A stretch of 64,000 nt of DNA from Octopus sinensis (Eukaryota): positions 77,562,001 to 77,626,000 of the forward strand of contig NC_043006.1 of assembly GCF_006345805.1 (NCBI RefSeq), written 5' to 3'. The position numbers were made by a program, and so were the translations under genes. Below, piece after piece: positions 37,881 through 49,325 of this stretch. The notes under the pieces were generated by a model. That model worked only from the letters and a program-made list of their open reading frames with translations. It did not search any database and had not been told where the DNA came from. How positions within the stretch are numbered: position 1 is the stretch's first letter; each line of letters begins with the position of its first letter.

Positions 37881-40800
37881 ACTTAGCTAGATACATGTGC
37901 ATATATGCATTCATGTATATTTATATACATGTATGCGTTTGAGTGTGAGTGCGAGTGTGATTGTCTGTGTGCTTTTGTGTTTGTTTGTGTGCGTGCAAAT
38001 GAGGTGTGTGTGCGTGTGTGTATGTGTGTGTGTGTTGGTTTGGGTGGCATTTGATGAAGCTGAATTCAGCAGTCCTTTGACAGATTTTGCTTTTATGAAC
38101 TTCAGTTAGCATAATTTACTTCCTGCACTAAAACATCTTGTGGTGATGGTGGGGCAGGTCATATCTAAATGAGCGCCGCTGGCTTAGTCATCAACGGGTA
38201 CTGCTAACTTACACTGTTAACAAAGCTATGTCAGATGTTATGAAACAATGTTCCATTGTTTTAAAGTAAAGATTATTTGCCAACATAATGTAGCTATCCT
38301 GGATAGGACTATTGTAAATTATCCCCAGGAAATATCATTTCCAGCTGGCTATACGACACAATAGTTGTGTCCTTATATGTTCGAACATTGAGACCAGAAC
38401 GCCCTGAAGTTTTTCTTTAATTTTACTCATGTCTGTTGAAGGGTACTTATTTATGTTTGTTACACTGTACCTATGAATTTATCTATATAGCTATTTCTCG
38501 CTCTATCTATCAACTTATCTTTCTGCCGATCCATCTATCTATATGTGTATATGTACATGTATATATGTATATGTATATACGTATGTTTTTTTTCTGTATA
38601 TTTACCGACATTTTTACCTATCGCTTTATGACTCTGTCGTCAGGATAATTTGTCGTCAGTTTCCCAGTAAGAGATCCAGCTGTTGCAATAAGATATTCAA
38701 CTGGCGCTAAAGAAAACCTTTTACTTTCTATTGATATGAACAGAAAGGAAGTAACAATAATTGAAATGGCGTCTCAAATATATAATATTAGGAGAAATGC
38801 TTACGTTTGTAAAATGCTATCTTTCTATTGTTTCGTTTATCTATAACAATATATATACGTTACATGCAGTATAAAATGTCGAGGAACATAGGAACAGAAA
38901 TAATTGAGTATTAATAAATAAAGCAAAATACGTAAGATTATTTCAGATTTATGTATTTAAAATTTTATCAACAGCACAAAAAATATTGATAAATTTAAAT
39001 TTCAGATTGATAGCAGCTGCCATCAAGAAATACACTTTATACTTGGAATTGTGATTATATATTACACATCTCATGCGCTTGTTCAAAACTCTGTGTTTGT
39101 TTTCTTTTGGTGCGTTTCGCCTTCCAGTATTATTTTAACTCGATTTCGCGTATGGTTTAGATCTGTATGACACAACAAAATCTTCATAAGGAAAATTAGA
39201 TACTTTCGTCGTATAAATTGCTTTTGTTGTTATCATTCGTATATATGTGTAGTCATAGCTTACTTTAAATTACGATGTGTATGAAACACAACCAGCTCAA
39301 CAACTCGCAGTAGAAGATAGAAACTTAATATTAAAAACCATATTTAATTGATCAGCCGTGCAATTTATAGATGAAGCAAAACCTAATACCATAAAGGATT
39401 AGAAAATTAAAATAACAAAATATGTGATTGCCCAAAATAGATAAATACACCAGGTGATGCCGTTTATTCGAAGACGGACAAATTCTATCAGAGTGCCGGA
39501 CTAAATTCGTCCGATGGAATATGAAGTTTGTTAAAAAGTCACCCTGGTGTGGAAATTTATAGTACAAGGTTGGAAGGTAGGAAGAATGAAAAAACAATGT
39601 TGACTGCAACTGAACTTACACGGTATGTACCATATGCCATTTTGTCGTATCTAAGGGCATTTCAACTATACTTGCATATTGTATTCTTATACGTGAAAAT
39701 GCTTTTATAAACAGCCAAATTCTTTGTATTAGACTGTATTATAATGACATCGAATATTGCTAACTGTTATATGAAGGCTATGCTATACATTATATCAGAG
39801 CGGCTCAAACAATTGGATATATTTCGGTATTTGACGGGCAATCTTTCAATCACAGTTGAATGACAAAGTCGATCTGAATTCAGAATATACACGAAAAAAA
39901 TATTAAAATTTTTTTACCTTATTCTATGAATTAATGTCCAATGGTTTCATAAATACACCATGTATTTCTGAATGTGATCTATTTATCAGCCTCGTATGCA
40001 TTTGATTTTGATAACGTAAACGAAGACTAAAATAATTTCTCAAGAACGTAGCAAGTGTAACAAATGTCGAATGTTTTCCTCAATTTTCACATTTCAACAT
40101 AAGTTGGAACTTAATGTTTTAAAATTTGAAATATTCATAATGAACATTAGATAAATGTGACCTTATATTCTTGGTAAATGTAATCAGCTATTACATATAC
40201 ATACATGTGTACGAGTATGCGTGTATGCATGTGTGTATGTGTGAATGTATGCATATATATATATATATGCATGAGGAGGCGTTTCTATATGTGCTGTATG
40301 TATACTCGTCAGGTTCATACAAATGTAAGCGGAAAATGAAATGCGTGCACATTTATCGATTATATTTCATAAAAAGTATTATATAAATGAACTCTTCCAT
40401 GTCATAATTTATTTAATAATGGTCATCTGATTTTCTACATTTAAACATGTGCCATTTATATTTTGCGAATTCCATTTCTCCCATTCCATCTAAAATTTAT
40501 TCTTTCCCTCATATTGCTATTTTGTTTTGGTTCGTTAGTTAATATTTCCCATATTTTATTATTTAATTTGTTTTCATCCTGTATATAGTGTAAAGTTTCT
40601 TTTGTAAAATGTCGTAACTCGCGCTGAAAGAGTAAATATTTCTAAAATAAAGTTCGTATTTCACATTCAGGATGTTAGACATTTACATATGTCCATTTAC
40701 CACAAAACATGTTTTTGTATTAAACTCTTTGAAAACAGCTAGAATCAAGAAGAATTAAAACATTTGGCCTCGTTAGATTTAAATATAAAATTATCCAATA

Positions 40801-41710
40801 ATTACATGAGTGTTTATGGAAGACAATCAGTGCAAGCGATTTAAAACTTGGTGGCAGCTACTTAAGTGTGCTTGCATAAATCGAAACATCTGCAAGAAAT
40901 AAAAATTAAATTTCTTGTAAAATTATGTTATTCTTTGCAGTCAGCTATTTCATAAATATGCAAAGAATATGACTTTTCTTTCCGTTTATTTAGAAATGTC
41001 CCCATATTCATAAATGCGTCAGAGCTCTAGACAAAATGGCATAGGAGAATTAAGCGTTTAGGAAAGGGAATGGGAGTAGCTGAAAAGAAGGAAGGTATGC
41101 TAAGAGAATAGAATTTTAGCTTGAATGAAGAGAAATGATAATCTTTATAAGAAAGATGTAATAAAATGTATGCTTTCAATAGAATATTACATCAGAGTGT
41201 CTATAAGTAAAGAGACTCAATTTTGGGGTAATACTGTCTGGGAACGAATGCTTTGACTTGCTACGAAATAACCAATTACATTTTTCACCAGGCAGAACTT
41301 TAACGTAATTTTCTTTTTCTCTTCCTTAGATCTTGCCCATTATCGTGATTGCTCACTGGCTACATAACGATAATAATTCGTATATACTATATGATGGTAA
41401 TTATATAACCATGAACTTTTTGAAACAGGTTTCGAAACAAGAAATAATTTATGCACATTCACACGCACTTATATACATGGGGTTACATATATACACATAT
41501 ACGTGTATACTCTTACACATATACACACACACATTATACACGCATATATAAGAAAATTGTAATATAGAAATCGAATGAGATAGTCATGTGCTGAAATCGT
41601 CTAATATGTACTTATAATTGTGTTATATATAATGCAATATATAATACTTAAACTTTTGGAATGCTTTTACTGAGGAAGGATCATGTGATGGACGCATTTT
41701 CACTTCTAGA

Positions 41711-42379
41711 CGAAGGTTTCCGGACTATTTATGTTTGATATAAAATAATTTATTTACTTAAATTCCTTATCTCCTGCGAAATAATCACCTTGCACAATAC
41801 ACCGGTCCCAGTTTTGTAATCAGTCCAAGTAATAGATTTCCATAAGCGAGTCAGGATCTTCTGTGATTCACTCTGCATCTCGACAATGGTGTTAAAGCGG
41901 TGACCTTTGAGCTGTATTTTCATCTTCGGGAAGAGATGGAAGTTCGCAGGTGCTGGACCTGGCGAATAGGGCGGGTACGGAAGCGAGACCATGTTGGTTT
42001 GGCGAGAAAACCACGAGTGAGGAGAGCTCGAGGAGGAATCAAATTTTTCACACCCCACAGGTCCGTTCGCTTTCGCTGAATGTCCTCCATAAAATGCTGG
42101 GGTTCAAACACATGAATGCACAATACCTTCATTTCTGGGGCTGAAGCTCGTGGCAGGTCTTCCAGATTGCTCATCGTCTTCCAGGGACGTTCTTCTGCTT
42201 TTGAAGCGCCGGTGCCTGTCGGAACATTGCGTACAACCCATTCGCTCCCACAAGCTTATTAAAGTATTCTCGATGTCAAGTCTCCATAAAAGATTTTCGA
42301 AGTTTAATACAAAGTTTCTCGTTGGTTCTTTGTTCCAACTCCCTGTCCATGGCAAAATCGCAAAGCACTATGTTGTTCA

Positions 42380-42380
<1 letters not shown>
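41711..42380 (-). mobile_element. Internally deleted mariner
   Basis: N-terminus MDRELEQRT..RFKSRRTSLEDDEQSGRP joined to C-terminus YPPYSPGPAPANFHLFPKMKIQLKGHRF. Confidence 0.88.
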
Positions 42381-42410
<30 letters not shown>

Positions 42411-42677
42411 CTTCTTCTTCTTCTTCTTCTTCTTCTTCTTCTTCTCCTTTCGTTTTTCTTCTTCTTCTCTTCTTCTTCTTCTTCTTCTTCTTCTTCTTCT
42501 TCTTCTTCTTCTTCTTCTTCTTCTTCTTCTACTTCTGCTTCTACTTCTTCCTCTTCTACTTCTTTCTTTTTCTTCTTTCTTCTACTTCTGCTTCTACTTC
42601 ATCCCCTTCTACTTCTTTCTTTTTCTTCTTCTTTTTCTTCTTTTTCTTCCTCTTCTACTTCTTCTTCTTCCTCTTCC

Positions 42678-42718
<41 letters not shown>

Positions 42719-42800
42719 TTCTCCTTTCGTTTTTCTTCTTCTTCTTCTTCACCTCCCTTCCTCCTTCCTCTTCATGTTCTTCTTCACTTTCGTCTTCTTT
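42381..42800. repeat. (CTT)n/(CTC)n polypyrimidine array
   Basis: Directly visible. Confidence 0.95.
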
Positions 42801-43199
42801 TGTTCTTTTCCCTCCTTCACCTTTTTCCTTCCTCTTTTCTTACGTATTCATCCTCTTGTTTCCCCACCCCACATAATATCTACTCCACTTATTCATCCAT
42901 ATCCACACTTTTAATTTTTCACTTTTTCTATTTGCTCTCGATATATACCAAACAACACACATAGTGTGACAACACATTTGATGGAAATCCGTTGAAGTGC
43001 ATCTCTAATGTCTAAAACCGCACACGTTACGAGAATTTTCAATCAGAATTCTAGCATAAAGTAACGTTGCATACAGCGATGGTGCAAAAACCACTGTAAC
43101 TTATAATATAAGATGTGTTAAAAGGATTTTCTTTGTCCTCTTGTTTTCATTGAATGCGCGCGCACGAGTGTGTGTGTGTACACATAAGCATATAAATGT

Positions 43200-44280
43200 A
43201 AAGAAATGTGGTGAAAAGAAATGAGTAGTCGAATACCTAACGTCAAGGAATATGCTTTTATAAAACTGCAAATTGCTTTTGACCCGACCCAAACAGTCGC
43301 AGAAAGAACTTTCACATTAAGAAGCTTAGTTCCGCTGCCCCCCCCCCCCCAGACCCCAGCGGATAGTCTCCTCTATCCACTCGGGTTTTATCCCGGGTGG
43401 CAGCCCGCAGATCCAAGCATTCGTCAATTTCTTTCCATGATACGTGGGCAGAAATAAAATTTCCTTACCCTCCAGGGTTTTACTAGCAAATTTGCAAGCC
43501 TCTTCAGAGGTGTCAAATAGCAACCACACCGTTGCATATCTGACATCCCTGAAAAATGAATTTAATTGTTGACAAATACTCTGCCAACTCCTTTTCAATT
43601 GCCGTCTTTTCGAGCAGGGCGATGGTGTCGAGTGCCTTGGAGTAGGTTCTCAACACTACCGTCCTATCTTCACCGTCTTTTAACCACTTTTTTGGCGGTA
43701 TAATCTCCCATTCCAAAATTTTGTCTTTTTTTATTGCCATGTTTTTTTGTTTATTTTTAATATATTCCAAATAAAACTTAAAAAGCAAGAAGAAAAAGAA
43801 ATCAAAAGAAAGTCACAATAAACAAAACGGAGAAAGTCAAATTAAGTTTAGAAGGATGTCAATAGTTCAGGAACACAGCAAAAAAAATCTTCCGGCCATT
43901 CGGTACTCCCGACCAAGGTTGAACCCGGAACGCCGCAACTGGAACACAACTTCCGCAAAAATTGGTATACAAATTGTTAAACAATAATTCTCCTAATTAA
44001 GTGAGAAAAATATACAGCAAAAAAATCTTCCGGCCATTCGGTACTCCCGGCCTAGGTTGAACCCGAAACGCCACAACTGGAACACAACTTTCACAAAAAT
44101 TTGTTCAATCTTCGGAGGCAAAACACTCTCCCATACAGCAGTTCTTACAATTAAAGTTCTTCAAAAGGCACAATACGAGCAATAATTCTCATAATTAAGT
44201 GAGAAAAATATTCACTCAACATAAACCGAAGACGAATACGCCCCCCCAAAATTCTCATAATTCAGCGAGAAAAGTTATTT
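43200..44280 (-). mobile_element. 5' end of a non-LTR retrotransposon (5' UTR + frameshifted ORF1)
   Basis: ATG at 43740 MAIKKDKILEWEIIPP..RTVVLRTYS.., frameshift to ..VWLLFDTSEEACKFA..NAWICGLPPGIKPEWI (RRM-like ORF1 pattern; clade not determinable). Repetitive UTR upstream. Confidence 0.55.
43876..44100. repeat. 139-bp tandem duplication in the putative LINE 5' UTR
   Basis: CAGCAAAAAAAATCTTCCGGCCATTCGGTACTCCCG..GGTTGAACCCG..ACTGGAACACAACTT at 43876 and 44015. TTCTC.TAATTAAGTGAGAAAAAT recurs at about 43988 and 44187, with a variant at about 44252. Confidence 0.9.
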
Positions 44281-44549
44281 GCCCCATGTCAGCAGAATCA
44301 GAATTCTGAACCCAGTAGGACTTCCTGCCTGTAAAAAAACATTTGTCAACAAAAATTTCCCACTGGAGCCAAAAAACAGAATCTTACCTTACAATGGGGC
44401 TTCAAATTTTTTCAATTCAACACGGCTTCAAAAGCACGTCTTCACCGCTTCAGTGCCAAACACAACACTGACTCACACATGCGCAGAAGCAACCTGTAAG
44501 CAAGCTACTTACCACACAGCCACTCCTGCGCGTATAAACAAACCAAAGA

Positions 44550-44737
44550 AATAAAGTTTTGAAAAACAACGTTGAATTTCCACCTGTATACACTGTTGAA
44601 AAACTCATTTAGGTAAAGATTTTGTAACAGAGAATATCTCCTGAGTGTCATAAGTATTGATTTCTCATATGTATTTTCTACTTCATCTGTGTATACGCGT
44701 GGAAATTCAACGGTATTTTTCAAAACTATTTTATTGA
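44550..44737. mobile_element. MITE-like element with about 35-bp TIRs
   Basis: AATAAAGTTTTGAAAAACAACGTTGAATTTCCAC / GTGGAAATTCAACGGTATTTTTCAAAACTATTTTATT. A partial inverted second copy lies at about 46420-46585. Confidence 0.7.
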
Positions 44738-45179
44738 TGTCTTTGTATGTCTGCGTGTTGGTGTTTGTGTAGATATAGGTCTACAATATATTCACTTTAT
44801 ACATTTCTTCTGAAAATATCTAAGACAAATTCTACATCCTTATATCCGATAAAGATATAGCGGTCATTCTAATAGCTCTTTTGTCTTAATAACGGTCAAT
44901 TACATAGTAATTTCACTTTGTCTAACGGTCATTTTCACAGCTTATTTTGATTGCCTCGGTAACTGAAGAGATGCCGGAGCAGGTTTCCGTCCCGACATCT
45001 GAAATTCGGAGTTTTATTATGGCAACCGAAATAATTGTCACATTATATTACAGATATATATATATATATATATATTGGCAAGGAAAAATTATAAAAAGGC
45101 AGAATGCTAAACTAAAGGTAAATTTTAATGAAAATTGGTGTATGGAAAATTTTTTTAATTAAAAAAATATATATATATT

Positions 45180-45221
45180 AATTCAAACCGGTTTTCGTCG
45201 CAATACGACATTTCAAGAATT
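45180..45221 (-). ncRNA. Minimal hammerhead, U3-A8 core (A9U)
   Basis: Minus strand AATTC-TTGAAAT-GTCGT-ATT-GCGAC-GAAA-ACCGGT-TT-GAATT. Helices I, II and palindromic III are all intact. Confidence 0.65.
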
Positions 45222-45379
45222 GTAAGGTGAAAAGAATTTTTTTTTATAATTGAGGAGGTGGAAAAAAAATTACATAGTTTTTTGCAGAAAAATAATAAAC
45301 ATATACAAAAAATAAAAAATAGGTACACTGATACATTGTAAAGTCCTCAATTATAAAAAAAAAGTTCTTTTCGCCTCAC

Positions 45380-45420
45380 AATTCTTGAAAAGTCGCATTG
45401 CGACGAAAACCGCTCAGATA
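45380..45420 (+). ncRNA. Minimal hammerhead, U3-A8 core, decayed helix III
   Basis: AATTC-TTGAAAA-GTCGC-ATT-GCGAC-GAAA-ACCGCT-CA-GATA. Confidence 0.55.
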
Positions 45421-45567
45421 TGTTTAAAAAAAATTTTTTTTTAATTTTCCATACATCCATTTTCATTAACATCTACCTTCAATTTAGCATTCTGCCTTTT
45501 TATAATTGTTCCTTGCCTATCATTTCTCCACGTGCGGTCAACACAATTCCACCATTTATTGATTTAT

Positions 45568-45646
<79 letters not shown>

Positions 45647-45669
45647 CATATATATATATTATATTATGT

Positions 45670-45714
<45 letters not shown>

Positions 45715-45724
45715 TATATATATA

Positions 45725-46144
45725 GGCGCAGGAGTGGCTGTGTGGTAAGTAGCTTGCTTACCAACCACATGGTTCCGGGTTCAGTCCCACTGCGTGGTAC
45801 CTTGGGCAATTGTCTTCTACTATAGCTTCGGGCCGACCAAAGCCTTGTGAGTGGATTTGGTAGACAGAAACTGAAAGAAGCCCGTCACATATATTTATAT
45901 GTGTATATATATATATATATATATTTGTGTATGTGTGTGTATATGTTTATGTGTCCCCCAACATCGCCTGACAACCGATGCTGGTGCGTTTATATCCCCG
46001 TCACTTAGTGGTTCGGCAAAAGTGACCGATAGAATAAGTACTGGGCTTACAAAGAATAAGTCCCGGAGTCGATTTGTTCGATAAAGGCGGTGCTCCAGCA
46101 TGGCTGCAGTCAAATTACTGAAACAAATAAGAGAGTAAAAGAGT
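45725..46144 (+). mobile_element. Full-length tRNA-derived SINE with internal microsatellite
   Basis: A-box-like TGGCTGTGTGG, B-box-like GGGTTCAGTCC, internal TA/TG array, body, and tail AAATAAGAGAGTAAAAGAG. Multiple dispersed copies in the window. Confidence 0.9.
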
Positions 46145-46145
46145 A

Positions 46146-46210
<65 letters not shown>

Positions 46211-46982
46211 GGTCTCCTTATTTTGTTGTTTCGTTTTATTATTATATGTATATGCGTGTCTGTATATGAGTGTCTCATGATTTATATATAGTGTATATTA
46301 TATGAGATCGCAAACGATTAAGAAAATGGACACAATGAAGTATTATTCATAATACGAGTGTTTATATTCCCATCAGGAAACCAATGTGAACTAGGAACAT
46401 GACAAATTGTTGTTTGTATCTCAGATGACTTCCGTTCTGATAAGTATTTCAGAAAATACATGTGAAAAATCAATACTTATGCTGCTCAGGGGATATTTCC
46501 TGCTGCAACCTCTCTACTTATATGTGTTCTTGAACTGTGTTTACGGGTGGAAATTCAACGATGTTTTTCAAAACTATTTTATTGATAAATGTTCATAGAA
46601 GGCCTTGGATACATAATATATGTTTTGTAATTACATTTTGTTACGTATTTTATTCTGGAGATGATAAAATTTAGACATAAGTAATACTGAATGCACAGCC
46701 GTAGGACCAAACGTTTATCGAAAATCTTTTAAAAGCTTATCTATTTTACCGAGAAAATATATAATACTTTATCTTTCTGTCAGTTAGTATACAATATTAC
46801 TTGTGGAATTATATCGAATTATATTTTGTTAAAGTATGGCTGCATTGAGAAAGATTTAACACTATAAACTTATTTTTTATATATCTGGCAAAAGTGCACA
46901 TGACTAGATTTGCGCCCACTTTCTCAGTTGAGACAATGCCGTAGTAAAGGCTGGCCCAGCCCAAGCATCTGAGAGTTAATAC

Positions 46983-47052
<70 letters not shown>

Positions 47053-47229
47053 AGAGAGACAGACAGACAGATAAATAGATATAGACAGACACATTACATA
47101 TATATATATATATATATATATACACACGTACGTGTGTATATATATACATGTGTCCTCAGTAGTTCCTATATCCCAAAAAGAAACACACTCATAAATATTA
47201 GACAAGTAATATATTTAAAAGATTGTTAG

Positions 47230-48710
47230 TTACGCCGGTGAGAGAGTGACCATTTCTATCCCATCTATAAAGCATCTAACTGTACAGGCGATCTGTCAGA
47301 TTCTAATGGCTGGAAGAACATTACCACTCTACAACTGGAGGGAGGAAAACTTCATGATCAGGTTGTTTTGTAAACAAGAAATAACCTGAACGAAAACCTA
47401 CTGGTAAGCTTTAAGGCGAGACAGGGTTATCCCCTTTATATAGGTGTCAGCAGTGCCCTTAACTATTTCCGAAACTACTTGGCAAATGAGGAACCCCAGG
47501 CTTGCAACAAGAAACGCCTCTGGTAAGGACATTGGCTAAACACCTCCTTTGTGTAGTTAACAAAGATCCCCAGATTAAGTGAGCTTACGTCTTTTCCTTC
47601 CATCGAGGACACGTCTGTTCTACAAGCCTTCATTTAATTATGTATAAGGTGCCCCTCCTCTTAAACATCATACGTAGTTGGCCAGGTTTGTGATGTTCCG
47701 CATCTTGAGTATCACAAAAGTGGACCGGTGTTTATTCATGCGCTGCTTAAATGGGCCGCCTGTACAACCGACTTATTTCGGATGGCTCTTGGTTGTGGTG
47801 TTTCAGCCACTGTTGTGTTGCTGCCGTTAACTCTGCTGTTGTCGCTGCAGGGCCGGACGCAGGTACTGATGCCTCAGTTACTACTTGCGCAGTTACTGTT
47901 GCTGGTGTCACTGTGGTTGCTACTATTTTCGAACGCGATCCTGGTATTGCACTTGCCGCTGGTGTAGTCGCCACTGCCACTGGTGTAGCCAGTCACCCAT
48001 GTACAAGACCGTAGAGAAGGATTTCAGCAAGAAGACTGTCAACGTCTCCTCCAATCAAGAGATTTTTGACACCGTAGCCTTCTACTAAAACGAGGTTTTG
48101 GCGTCCAGTGGGTTTAAGGACCGTGTCTTCTAAATGCCGGGCAAATGAAGTGGTATCGTGAAGCCGTTTTATTTGCCCCATCTTTCGCGCTCAACTTCGA
48201 AACTTGCGCGAGAAAGAGATGCTTTACATCAATGAAGAAATACTTGACACAGTCAAACAGATACGAGACTTTGTTTAATAAATACAACTTAAGCGTCTTT
48301 TTCAGTTGAGCGCCGAATATTAAGAAAATATTAGTGATGCAGGATGCTCAGGTAGGGTACACAATTAATGCCAATGTGTGTGTGGAGGGCGATGCAACGC
48401 ATCGAGGTTAGTGTATGAAGCTGAGGTGGTACTGGGAATCACAGTGACATCATTGTCAACAGAGTCAGAAACAGCAGCAATGACAGCAATGGCACATCTA
48501 CCCATAGCAACAACAATAGTAACAGCAATGGTAGCGCCGCCGGCAGCCACACTAGCAACACTTCAAGCAGCAACGGCAGCACTACCAACCGCTATCATAG
48601 CAGCAACAGCACCAGTAATGCAGCCGGCATTGGACATTACGGGTATTACGTAATTCCGAACTTCTAGAAACAGCTTCCGAGTTAAAAATTTCTGCATCCT
48701 CCCCTTAACA
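47230..48710 (-). mobile_element. Truncated Ty3/gypsy-like LTR retrotransposon (5' LTR, PBS, decayed gag region)
   Basis: Minus strand LTR from TGTTAAG (48710) to CTTAATA (48318), then PBS-like TTCGGCGCTCAAC. ATG at 48181 MGQIKRLHDTTSFARHLEDT.., Ala/Thr-rich linker, and a weak knuckle remnant (EEGHLIHN). 3' boundary approximate. Confidence 0.6.
48318..48710 (-). repeat. Putative LTR (393 bp)
   Basis: Termini TGTTAAG..CTTAATA are imperfectly inverted; adjacent PBS-like motif. Confidence 0.55.
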
Positions 48711-49129
48711 TTCTGTATTTTTTATTTTGTGCGTAAATATGTACGACCTAATTTAAAATATCTATGAATGAATTATCTTACGCATAAGAGAACTGTATTA
48801 GTTATAGATTATATCTTCCCTTTTCTTTCCACTGTTGAAGCAATACATACTTAAATCTTGATCTATGGTGGATTACTGCCGTAGCTGACTACAAATTAGC
48901 TAGATGACTATGTTTTTAATTTTCGTGAAACTAATAATTTGTCGATACAAAGCATAGTGAAATAGAGTGGATTTCAGGATCTAATCGTATCCTGTTACGC
49001 TCATTAATTCAGTCTTAATTGAGAGTATTTTCGGCTAGCTTTCTATTTACTCAGATAAATTATGAAAGATTATTATGTATGTACTACACTTTTCATTTCC
49101 TCTTCACATCTCATATCGTTATGAATATT

Positions 49130-49325
49130 GATTTAAAATTTTGGCGCAAGGCCAGCAATTTCAGAGAGAGTATAAGTCGATGACATAGACCCCAGTGTTC
49201 AAATGTTACTTTTTTTATCGACCCATAATGGATGAAAGCAATGTCGACCTCGTTAGAATGTGAGCCCAGACGTAATGATGGATGTAATGTATCTAAGCTA
49301 ACGATTCTGCCAGCTGTCCACCTTA
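49130..49325 (-). mobile_element. Second-family SINE copy
   Basis: AAATTTTGGCGCAAGGCCAGCAATTTC..GGATGAAAGCAATGTCGACCTCG..GCTAACGATTCTGCCAGCT, collinear with the 14350-15115 copies. Confidence 0.85.

Larger units (their letters stand above)
45077..45517. repeat. Fold-back PLE terminal repeat with two hammerheads and an 80-bp spacer
   Basis: Arms GGCAAGGAAAAATTATAAAAAGGCAGAATGCTAAA..ATAATTGAGGA (to about 45265) and TCCTCAATTAT..TTTAGCATTCTGCCTTTTTATAATTGTTCCTTGCC. (TA)n on the left. Confidence 0.9.

Noticed and set aside
44230-44330. HDV-like ribozyme at the LINE 5' end (GGCAGGA/TTCTGCT P1-like pairing)
   Set aside because: No canonical L3/P1.1 or matching P2 could be built; the same applies to the CGAAT-GGCC motif in the 139-bp units.
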